32,499 nt of DNA, taken from the NCBI GenBank assembly GCA_023248835.1, contig JAHFDU010000001.1:1-32499 (forward strand). The letters are read 5' to 3'. Positions 15,031-22,652 of this stretch are shown one piece after another. Within the stretch, counting starts at the first letter, position 1. Every line of letters starts with the position of its first letter. Made by a program: the position numbers and the translations under genes. Under the pieces are notes generated by a model. It was given only the letters and a program-made list of their open reading frames with translations, was not told the DNA's origin and ran no database searches. The DNA comes from Myxococcales bacterium (GTDB lineage Bacteria; Myxococcota_A; Polyangia; Palsa-1104).

Positions 15031-16029
15031 ATGCGTACAACCTTTGCACTTTTGCTGGTTCCTTTGGTTTTCTCCACCGCCGCCCGCGCCGATGATTTGC
15101 CCAAGTGGGAGTTTGCGATCTCGCTGCGCCCCACCGACGGGGCGATGTATGACGGCTACGCCACCGAAGCGTTTCGCCAAGGCAAGTATGAAGAGGCGAT
15201 CACCAAGCTCAACGAGGGCATCACCAAGGCCGACCACTACGAACAGGGCTACTACTGGCTCGCTTACGCTTACAAGCACAAGCACGACTGGCAACATGCA
15301 GCGGAGAACTATCGCCGTTACATCGGACTTCACCCCGAAAAGGGCGACGCCTATTTCGGCCTCGGTGCAGTTTTAGTACAGCTTGGCGACAAACTCGCCG
15401 CCAAGGCCGCCTACGAAAAATACATTGAGCTCGAAAAATCTCCCGCCAAGCAAAAGTTCATTGAGCAGTCCAAAGCCGCGGTGGCCGACATCAATCGCGA
15501 GTTGACTCCGCCCGCCGCCGATCCACGCGAGCGTGAAGCCGCCGGTGATCGCGCCTTGGCTGCAGGCAGCTATACTGAAGCCGAAAATGCGTTTCACACC
15601 GCGCTCTCTGCTGATGGGAAAAATGGCCGACTCAAAGAGAAACTCGGCCGCACTCTATATCTCGAGAAGCGCACCGACGACGCGGTCAAGGTGCTGTATG
15701 AAGCAGTGCAGCTCGACGCCAAAGCCCCGATCGCCTGGTACAACCTCGGTCGCGCGTTGCGCAAAGCCGGCAAATTCAACGACGCGATCACCGCTTATCG
15801 CACCTACAGCCAGCTGCAGCCCGACGACGTCGATGTCTACTATGGCCTTGGCGAAACCTACAAAGCGGCGGGCGATCGCGTCCACTCCATCGAAGCGCTG
15901 CGCAAGTATGCCACCGAGCAGAAAAAACCCGAATCGCGCCAGCTGGTCGACAAAGCGCGTGCCGAGATCCAGGCGCTCGAGGCCGAAGAGATCCGCGCTC
16001 ACCAGAGCGGCAAACTACCCGAGGAATAG
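15031..16029 (+). CDS. Secreted TPR-repeat protein
   Basis: Signal peptide MRTTFALLLVPLVFSTAARA followed by multiple 34-aa TPR-like units (YWLAYAYKHKHDWQHAAENYRRYIGLHPEKGDAYFGLGAVL.., AWYNLGRALRKAGKFNDAITAYRTYSQLQPDDVDVYYGLGETY). Confidence 0.85.
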   Translation: MRTTFALLLVPLVFSTAARADDLPKWEFAISLRPTDGAMYDGYATEAFRQGKYEEAITKLNEGITKADHYEQGYYWLAYAYKHKHDWQHAAENYRRYIGLHPEKGDAYFGLGAVLVQLGDKLAAKAAYEKYIELEKSPAKQKFIEQSKAAVADINRELTPPAADPREREAAGDRALAAGSYTEAENAFHTALSADGKNGRLKEKLGRTLYLEKRTDDAVKVLYEAVQLDAKAPIAWYNLGRALRKAGKFNDAITAYRTYSQLQPDDVDVYYGLGETYKAAGDRVHSIEALRKYATEQKKPESRQLVDKARAEIQALEAEEIRAHQSGKLPEE

Positions 16030-17259
16030 AGCGGGAGCGCCTGCAGCCAACGTTTCGGAAAAACCGGGAGTCTTCACCAGCGAGTGCCACATCGCCGGCC
16101 GGTAAACATCCCCCGCCAAGAGCGATGTAACAATTCGAACCAGTCCTTCGCGTCCTTGTGGACGGACCAAGACTTGTCTGAAAGCGCGGCTATAAAATTC
16201 GTGCACCAGCCGTTTGAACACATCCATGCCAGCGATGCACTGCTCTTGGTAGGGGGCAAACCGCGCCGCCGAAAAATCGCCGTCAGAGAGCGCCGCATCG
16301 ATGTGAGCGGCAGCAAATTTCGCGCCCTGGGTGGCGAATAGAACGCCGGTGGAAAACAGCGGGTCAACAAACGCCGCGGCGTCGCCGACGAGAAGACGGC
16401 GATCGCCGCAGAAGCGCCGTGAACGATACGACCAATTGGCCTCGCTCCCGATCGCGATGCGCGGCTTGGCATGACTTAGACGACGGCGCAGGCCCGGCAG
16501 CTCAGAAATTGCCGATTGCATGATTTCTTCCGGAGTGCCGCCGCGGTGACCTTTGGTGAACTCCTTTTCGAGCACCAACCCGACTGAGCTATCACCGTCG
16601 GCAAAATGGATATTCCACCACCATCCATGCGGAAACAGACCGATGACGATGTTGCCAACATCCGGCCCCTCGGCGCGCTCGACTCCCTCAAACTGCGCGA
16701 ACACCGCGACGTTGGTGGTCACCAATTCATCCGGAACTTTCAAGTCTTCGCGCCGCGCCAGCAATGCGTCGCGCCCGCTGGCGTCGACAAACAGGGGCGC
16801 AGTCGCCGAACCGGACCCGCTTGGGCCAACGAAATCGACGGTCACACCGTTGGTGGCAATCCGGACATCGCGAACGCGGGTCGACTCGCGCACTTCGGCG
16901 CCCACGACGCGGGCGCGATCAAGCAGCAGCTTGTCGAAGATGGCGCGCTTGACCTGAAATGCGTGCGGGTAGTCGCCGCGAATCGCGTCTTTGAAATAGT
17001 AGGTAAACTCGACCCCGGTCTCTTCGTTGACAAAGTGCGCACCTGGTTTGTGCATCATGTGCGCTTTGAGATCGTCGAGCACGCCGAGTTCGCTCCAGAT
17101 TTCATTGCTAAACGGCAGCAGCGATTCGCCGATGTGGAAGCGCGGAAATTTTTCCTTCTCGAGCAGCAGCACTGAGCGACCACGCTGACGCAAAAAATTG
17201 GCCGTCGACGACCCGGCTGGTCCTCCTCCGGCAATGATGACATCGTAGTCGAATCTCAT
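16015..17259 (-). CDS. FAD-dependent oxidoreductase, geranylgeranyl-reductase / flavin-halogenase-like family
   Basis: Rossmann motif YDVIIAGGGPAGSSTANFL..LLLEKEKFPRFHIGESLLP, then KPGAHF, GWWWNIHF and VGDAAAFVDPLFSTGV. Alternative GTG start at 17277. Confidence 0.85.
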   Translation of the reverse strand: MRFDYDVIIAGGGPAGSSTANFLRQRGRSVLLLEKEKFPRFHIGESLLPFSNEIWSELGVLDDLKAHMMHKPGAHFVNEETGVEFTYYFKDAIRGDYPHAFQVKRAIFDKLLLDRARVVGAEVRESTRVRDVRIATNGVTVDFVGPSGSGSATAPLFVDASGRDALLARREDLKVPDELVTTNVAVFAQFEGVERAEGPDVGNIVIGLFPHGWWWNIHFADGDSSVGLVLEKEFTKGHRGGTPEEIMQSAISELPGLRRRLSHAKPRIAIGSEANWSYRSRRFCGDRRLLVGDAAAFVDPLFSTGVLFATQGAKFAAAHIDAALSDGDFSAARFAPYQEQCIAGMDVFKRLVHEFYSRAFRQVLVRPQGREGLVRIVTSLLAGDVYRPAMWHSLVKTPGFSETLAAGAPALFLG

Positions 17260-17296
17260 AGGGCCGATTTTTATCACATCTTAGGAGGAGTCGCGC

Positions 17297-17779
17297 ATGC
17301 ATCCACATCGCCCACAATCCACCATCGGACGCAGTCTAGAAAGAGCATCGCAGTGGGCTAGTCGGTGGGCGGGCAGTTCATGGGCGTTCTCGTTGGCGGT
17401 ATTGGTGATTCTGACCTGGCTCACCACCGGCCCGCTGTTTCATTTCTCCGATACTTGGCAGCTGGTGATCAACACCTCCACCACCATCGTCACTTTTTTG
17501 ATGGTGTTTCTCATTCAGCGCGCCCAGAACAAAGACTCGCTGTCGATTCAGCTCAAACTCAACGAGATCGTTGCTTGTCTTAAGGGGGCGAGCAACAGAC
17601 TCATCGATATCGAGGATCTCAGCGAGGGCGAGCTCAACATTTTGCACGAACACTTTCGTGCGTTGGCGCTGAGCGCAAAACAAGACCGCGATCTGTTCAA
17701 ATCCCATTCCGTCGATGAAGCGCAGCGACGGCATCACCGCAAGAAGCACGAGGAGAGCGGCATCAATGAAAATAAATAA
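17297..17779 (+). CDS. Low-affinity iron permease (Fet4-like, PF04120-type) family protein
   Basis: AGGAGG lies 8 nt upstream of the ATG. WAGSSWAFSLAVLVILTWLTTGPLFHFSDTWQLVINTSTTIVTFLMVFLIQRAQNKDSLSIQLKLNEIV is the family signature as I recall it. Confidence 0.85.
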   Translation: MHPHRPQSTIGRSLERASQWASRWAGSSWAFSLAVLVILTWLTTGPLFHFSDTWQLVINTSTTIVTFLMVFLIQRAQNKDSLSIQLKLNEIVACLKGASNRLIDIEDLSEGELNILHEHFRALALSAKQDRDLFKSHSVDEAQRRHHRKKHEESGINENK

Positions 17780-18635
17780 TTGCGGTTGTCACCGCTGCCC
17801 ACGCCACCAGATTGGCGATAAACAAACGATCACCGAGCATCTCTTCGGTCGGAGAATCTGAAGTCGGATGGCCCGAGATCAGCATCGAAAAACGGGCCAG
17901 GCCGAGCGCTGCGAACGGCGCCGTCCAAATCATGCGGCTCGAGTGAAAAAAACGCACGGTGTGGGGCGCCCGGGTATAGAGAATGTAAGAGATCAGCGTC
18001 GCCATCGCCGTCACTGCCAAGAGGACGCGCAAAGTGGGCAAGCGATAGCTGCTCAGCACCGGCCTTTGCAGCGCCGCTTGCTCGCCCGCGACCGCAAGTT
18101 CATGCGCTCGCTTGCCGAAGCCGAGATAACAGGCAAGCAGTCCCGTACACAACAAGAGATACGGCGAGGCCTCGACCGAGATCGCCATCGCTCCACCCAC
18201 CACCCGCAACAAGAAACCAAACGCAATCAAAAGTACGTCGAGATAGACCACCCGCTTGAGATAAAGCGAGTACGCAACGTTGGAGATTAGATAGGTGAGA
18301 GCGCAAACGGCAAGCTCCGGTCGCAGCAAGAGCGCGCCCAGCAACCCGGTGAGTGCGAGCAATCCCGAGAGCAGCTGCGCCTGCAGCACCAGCAGCCGCC
18401 CGGCCGCAATCGGGCGCGTTTGTTTTCGCGGATGGGCGCGATCTTTTTCGATGTCGATGACATCGTTCCACAGATACACCGCGCTCGACAGCGCGCAGAA
18501 AATCGCCACCGCAATCGCCGCTCGCCCGAGCGCCACCCGATCGGTGAGCTGCTTGGCAAACACCAGCGGCGCAACAACAAACAAATTTTTCACCCACTGA
18601 CGCGGGCGCGCAGCTTCAAGTGCAGCCAGAAACAT
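17763..18635 (-). CDS. UbiA-family prenyltransferase, decaprenyl-phosphate phosphoribosyltransferase-like
   Basis: ARPRQWVKNLFVVAPLVFA.. and YLWNDVIDIEKDRAHPRKQTRPIAAGRL (first Asp-rich motif), with about 8 predicted TM helices. Confidence 0.85.
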   Translation of the reverse strand: MFLAALEAARPRQWVKNLFVVAPLVFAKQLTDRVALGRAAIAVAIFCALSSAVYLWNDVIDIEKDRAHPRKQTRPIAAGRLLVLQAQLLSGLLALTGLLGALLLRPELAVCALTYLISNVAYSLYLKRVVYLDVLLIAFGFLLRVVGGAMAISVEASPYLLLCTGLLACYLGFGKRAHELAVAGEQAALQRPVLSSYRLPTLRVLLAVTAMATLISYILYTRAPHTVRFFHSSRMIWTAPFAALGLARFSMLISGHPTSDSPTEEMLGDRLFIANLVAWAAVTTAIIYFH

Positions 18636-18691
18636 GGGCCAGGACTGTAGCCGAAAACGGCCGATTGCACAGCGATTTGATCAACCGCAAT

Positions 18692-18817
18692 CGTTCACGT
18701 ACACAGGGAGATCAGGAGATCAAGAGACAGATTCCCGTTGTTCAGAGCGATATTTTTCCCCACCACAATCCTCCTGATCTCCTGATCTCCCTGTGAATTT
18801 TTTCTGGGCCGTGAACG
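18692..18817. repeat. Large imperfect-outer / perfect-inner inverted repeat (hairpin element)
   Basis: A perfect 21-nt IR, CACAGGGAGATCAGGAGATCA (18702-18722) with TGATCTCCTGATCTCCCTGTG (18775-18795), separated by 52 nt. An outer 8-bp pair is CGTTCACG (18692-18699) with CGTGAACG (18810-18817). The arms contain a GAGATCAG/GAGATCAA tandem. Confidence 0.8.
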
Positions 18818-19101
18818 AGTATGAAGTGGCCTGCTAGGCAAGCACAAACGTTCCCCTCTGCGCTTTTTTCTAATAGCGCTTTTTCTTTCTTCTGCTTCGA
18901 CGATCCGAGTGACGCGCTGTCGCAATCGAGTATTCGCGCTCATTCGAAGTGTCTCGAAGGCGCACAAGTGGGATCCGTTGGCGGGTCGCAATCGGTTACA
19001 CAAGGTCGTACAGCCCTTACGTTCACACTGCGCGATCACCGCCTCTGGACAGCCTTCACTCCGTCGAAAATATAAAATATCCCCTGAGAGGGAGTTGCGT
19101 T

Positions 19102-19365
19102 TTATGCCGCGGTCTTCAAGATTTCCTCTCTCATCATTGTAGCTTTGTTGCCGTTGTACACGCTGCCATCGCGCCAGAGTGCAAATAGGATTCCGGCCAT
19201 CTTGCGAGCCAAAGCCACCACCGCAATCTTTTTCCCAAATCGATAGCAATATGGTCCATGGCTGGTCTCCTTCGTTTGTGCCTCGAGCACGTTTACGTTC
19301 TTTGGAACGCTGAGGGACGATAACTTGTCACCTCGTTTGCGATCGAGGCCAGCCACTTCATCCAA
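19102..19365 (-). mobile_element. IS110-family transposase C-terminal remnant (pseudogene)
   Basis: The 87-aa ORF ends ..FGKKIAVVALARKMAGILFALWRDGSVYNG.., the conserved C-terminal helix of IS110/IS116/IS902 transposases. The upstream AGLDRKRGDK..VPKNVNVLE is a degraded match to AGL.P....SG....ItK.G...LR. No N-terminal DEDD domain is present in any frame. Confidence 0.65.
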
Positions 19366-19411
19366 TCTGTTACGATCAACCGATTCGCTGACCAGAACGA
19401 GTACGACCAGG

Positions 19412-19440
19412 TTGCATACAATAAATTCATATTGTATTAT
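19412..19440 (+). promoter_or_regulatory. Candidate promoter TTGCAT-N17-TATTAT with embedded 7-bp inverted repeat (operator-like) for the TA operon
   Basis: TTGCAT at 19412-19417 and TATTAT at 19435-19440. IR ATACAAT (19416-19422) with ATTGTAT (19431-19437). The antitoxin ATG at 19448 is 8 nt after the -10 and has no RBS, which suggests a leaderless mRNA. Confidence 0.45.
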
Positions 19441-19447
19441 ATATAGT

Positions 19448-19681
19448 ATGAAAGCGATTCAGATCACCATGGAGGAATCTCTACTGAAAGCGGTCGATCG
19501 CCGTCTTCGCGGCAGGCGTCACCGCCGCTCGGCCTTCATTCGAGACAGCGTACGCCAACAACTTGAACGGCTGCGTCTGCGCGATCTGGAAGAGCAGCAC
19601 CGCAGCGGCTACGAAAAACAGCCCGAAAAAAAGGGCGAATTCGATGTCTGGTACCGAACCCAAGAGTGGGGCGAAGAATGA
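19448..19681 (+). CDS. Ribbon-helix-helix (CopG-like) antitoxin
   Basis: MKAIQITMEESLLKAVDRRLRGRRHRRSAFIRDSVRQQLERL.. has the beta-strand/helix/helix RHH pattern. Its stop overlaps the toxin start (ATGA at 19678-19681). Confidence 0.8.
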   Translation: MKAIQITMEESLLKAVDRRLRGRRHRRSAFIRDSVRQQLERLRLRDLEEQHRSGYEKQPEKKGEFDVWYRTQEWGEE

Positions 19682-20001
19682 AACGCGGCGAGGTTCGACT
19701 GTGCCGCTTCGCGCGCCCCGACAAACGTCGTCCGGTCCTGGTGCTCACTCGAGACAGCATTCTCGGTCGTCTCCATTCGGTCACCGTAGCGCCGATCACA
19801 CGGACCCAGCGCGGTCTTCCTACCGAGGTGGCGCTCACCAGCGCCGACGGTATGAAGTACGACTGTGCGGTCAACTTCGACCACGTCGTCACCGTGCCGC
19901 TGCGAGACTTGGGCGCGCTCGTCGGTACGCTCTCGAGTGACCGCATGTCCGCTGCTTGCCGCGCACTCGGTTTTGCTCTCGGCTGTGCGTCCTCGGAGTG
20001 A
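19678..20001 (+). CDS. mazF: PemK/MazF-family type II toxin (mRNA interferase)
   Basis: MKRGEVRLCRFARPDKRRPVLVLTRDSILGRLHSVTVAPITRTQRGLPTEVAL..DCAVNFDHVVTVPLRDL matches the MazF/PemK pattern (G.v....f......K.RP.lVl....., v.v.P.Ts). Confidence 0.9.
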   Translation: MKRGEVRLCRFARPDKRRPVLVLTRDSILGRLHSVTVAPITRTQRGLPTEVALTSADGMKYDCAVNFDHVVTVPLRDLGALVGTLSSDRMSAACRALGFALGCASSE

Positions 20002-20113
20002 GCCCGAGTGAATCGAAACTTCCGTCGCAAGGCCTGGTGACGCGCGGACGTATGAATATCGCCTTCATAGTTTTCGCGGAGACAACCACACTGCGACGTG
20101 CTAAACAAACGCG

Positions 20114-20719
20114 ATGCGGCCCAAAATGATGTCTTTGGTGTTCCTGTTTTCGATCGCAGAGAACGTAGCCTTCGCAAAACCGGAAAGCCGCTCGCGCTCA
20201 CCGCTGCCAGTAACGTTGCCATCCGTTCGGATAAAGCTGCTTGCTCCCGCAGGGTGGCAAGAGGTTGGCAGCAAAGAGGTCATCGCGAACCTGCAGCGCA
20301 TTGTCTTGAAAGACGCGGACCTAAAGAACGCGGTGGCAACACGGGCCCGGTTACCGCAGGTCGCTTTCGCTAAACACGCGCCGGGTTACGACAGCCTTAA
20401 CCCCTCCGTAAAGTTTGTGTCTCAGCCGGCTGAGGGACTCGATGGAGTCCGGGCAATCCAACAGGCCATTGACCTCATGAAGTCGGGAGTAGACGGATTT
20501 CAGCTTGTTGAGCGCCCCGTACCAAAACAAATTGCAGGCCGCGCTGGAGCTACTGCAAGATTCAAATACAAAGTAGCAGGGTACGAAGTAGAAAGCCGCA
20601 TTTTAGTCATCGTGGACGGCAGCGAGCTTACCATCATTGGCTTTACGGGAACCGCAAGCGGACCTGATCGTTGTGAGAGTGAATTCCAAGACCTCCTGAA
20701 AAGTATTCATGGTATTTAG
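20114..20719 (+). CDS. Hypothetical secreted protein
   Basis: Signal-peptide-like MMSLVFLFSIAENVAFA. GC is lower than in the flanking genes. No family recognised. The 3' end overlaps the dctM stop by 4 nt (convergent). Confidence 0.6.
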   Translation: MRPKMMSLVFLFSIAENVAFAKPESRSRSPLPVTLPSVRIKLLAPAGWQEVGSKEVIANLQRIVLKDADLKNAVATRARLPQVAFAKHAPGYDSLNPSVKFVSQPAEGLDGVRAIQQAIDLMKSGVDGFQLVERPVPKQIAGRAGATARFKYKVAGYEVESRILVIVDGSELTIIGFTGTASGPDRCESEFQDLLKSIHGI

Positions 20720-22062
20720 GGCGGAAGGTCTGTCTGATTCGCTTCGATGTGGAGGTCGTGCGATTTGGGAACCACGGTGAGCTTGGGCACGTAGGTGACG
20801 ATCGCCAGCGCAATCGCCATCAACAGAATAAACGGCAGCACCGCACGATAGAGTTCGGTAAGCGGGCGATTGAAACGAAACGCCGCAATGAACAGGTTGA
20901 GGCCGGCGGGCGGCAACAAATAACCGATCTCGAGGTTGAGCAGAAAAATGATTCCAAGGTGATAAGGATTGATGTGGTATTGCGCGGCCGCCGGGACGAT
21001 CAGAGGAACGACAACAATGATCGCCGAAAAAATATCCATCAAGCAGCCAACCACCAATAGGAGCACATTGAGAATCAGCAAGAACAGCCATTGTTCGTGC
21101 ACGTGCTGACCCACCCACTCGAACAAATGCTGTGACACCTGTGCGTCGATGAGATAACTGGTCATCAAAATGCCGGCCGCGATCTTCATGAAAATTGCGC
21201 CGACCAGCGTCATCGATTCACGGGTGACGTGAAATAGATCGCGCTTGAGATCAACGTCTTTGTAAATCCAGACCTCAACGACAAAAACATAGAGCGCAGT
21301 CAGCGCCGCGACTTCATGAACGTGGGCAAGGCCCGAGACCATCAACCCAATGAACAGCGGAATTGGCAATTCCCACTTGGCGACCCAAGCAGCCCGCAGG
21401 AACTTGTTGAAATCGACCGGCGTCCGCTCCACCCCAGTTCGCAGGCCGATGAACAAGCAGTAAAGGAGCAAGATTCCGACCAGCAGCATTCCCGGAACCA
21501 CCCCGGCGAAATAGAAGCGGTCGATGGCGAAATCGATCGGATGGCCGGCATCGGCGCCCTGGCCGGCGTTGAGCGCAAAAATAAACGCGTAGACGATGAG
21601 CGGCAGCGCTGGCGGAAACAGCAGGCCTACCGAACCGGACCCGGTGACCACACCGATCGAAAATTTTTCGGTGTAGCGCGCGCGGATAAGTTCAGGCATG
21701 AGTAGGCCACCGAGTGCAACGATGGTGACACCCGACGCACCGGTGAGCACGGTAAACAGCGCACTGATGAGCACTGTCACCATGGCGAGACCACCGGGAA
21801 TCGCGCCGAGCAGCGCCTCGGACATTCGCACCAGCCGCTCGGCGGTTTTGGCCTTGGCCATCAAGTAGCCGGCAAAAGTAAACATCGGGATGGTTGACAG
21901 CGAAACTGCTTCGGCACCGGTCAGCTTGCCGTAGATCTCGCCAAGGCCATTCGAAATGCCACCTGAAGTGTGCCAACCGGCAAGCCCAACCCCGCCCAGC
22001 ACGCAGAACAGTGGCAAGCCCAAGATCGCGAGCGCGACAATAAACGACAACTGGACGCTCAC
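20716..22062 (-). CDS. dctM: TRAP transporter large permease subunit
   Basis: 448 aa, polytopic and DctM-like (MSVQLSFIVALAILGLPLF.., GAIPGGLAMVTVLISALFTVLTGASGVTIVALGGLLMPEL..). The start overlaps the dctQ stop. Confidence 0.95.
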   Translation of the reverse strand: MSVQLSFIVALAILGLPLFCVLGGVGLAGWHTSGGISNGLGEIYGKLTGAEAVSLSTIPMFTFAGYLMAKAKTAERLVRMSEALLGAIPGGLAMVTVLISALFTVLTGASGVTIVALGGLLMPELIRARYTEKFSIGVVTGSGSVGLLFPPALPLIVYAFIFALNAGQGADAGHPIDFAIDRFYFAGVVPGMLLVGILLLYCLFIGLRTGVERTPVDFNKFLRAAWVAKWELPIPLFIGLMVSGLAHVHEVAALTALYVFVVEVWIYKDVDLKRDLFHVTRESMTLVGAIFMKIAAGILMTSYLIDAQVSQHLFEWVGQHVHEQWLFLLILNVLLLVVGCLMDIFSAIIVVVPLIVPAAAQYHINPYHLGIIFLLNLEIGYLLPPAGLNLFIAAFRFNRPLTELYRAVLPFILLMAIALAIVTYVPKLTVVPKSHDLHIEANQTDLPP

Positions 22063-22652
22063 GTCGCCTCTCCGTGTGCAGCGTCAGAGATCCACTCGGA
22101 CGGCGGATCTTTTCCCGACACCAACCAGCCGATATCGAGCACCAACTGCACCAAGAAATGAAACGCCACCACGACATAACCGCAAAGTTCAATCAGCGCT
22201 CCACGCGCTGGGGAAAAAAGCTCAGCAGATTCGGTCTCACCGTGGTAGCAAATCCAAGCGCCGTCGACAAACAGCAGAACAATGACAATCGCCGCCAAGG
22301 TCGTAACCGCGCGCAGTGCCAGCCGTCGGCGCGGACTAAGAGCGCGAGTGACCGCGTCGATGCGAATGTGACGACCGCTGTAGGTCGCGTAAGCGCCTCC
22401 CAAAAACCCGATCAGGAAAACCGCGTGACGGACTGCGGCGTCGATCCACAACGGCATCGGAACCGCGACGATGCGGTGGGTCGTCAGATTGCGACCGACA
22501 AACTGAAAACAGCAAAGCAGTACAATCACCAAGAGGCAGAGCGCGATACCAACCCCTTCAAGCGCGGCAAGCGCACCGGAGATGCGAGTCAGCGCACGCA
22601 CCACCCAAGGCCACGACGCCGGCGCGATTTGATGCGGCTTCTGTCCTTGCAC
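22059..22652 (-). CDS. dctQ: TRAP transporter small permease subunit
   Basis: Four hydrophobic helices, positioned between dctP and dctM. The proposed GTG start at 22652 overlaps the dctP TAG by 1 nt. The ORF is open back to 22706. Confidence 0.8.
   Translation of the reverse strand: MQGQKPHQIAPASWPWVVRALTRISGALAALEGVGIALCLLVIVLLCCFQFVGRNLTTHRIVAVPMPLWIDAAVRHAVFLIGFLGGAYATYSGRHIRIDAVTRALSPRRRLALRAVTTLAAIVIVLLFVDGAWICYHGETESAELFSPARGALIELCGYVVVAFHFLVQLVLDIGWLVSGKDPPSEWISDAAHGEAT

Noticed and set aside
18706-18730. Short tandem GAGATCAG/GAGATCAA/GAGACAGA, considered as a possible CRISPR or satellite.
   Set aside because: There are only three 8-nt units with no spacers, and they form part of the arm of a hairpin mirrored on the other arm. 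This is not a CRISPR array.
18695-19249. 184-aa ORF on the - strand spanning the hairpin and the IS tail.
   Set aside because: It has no family resemblance, reads through the 21-bp inverted repeat, overlaps the transposase remnant in another frame, and has atypical composition. It is treated as non-coding.
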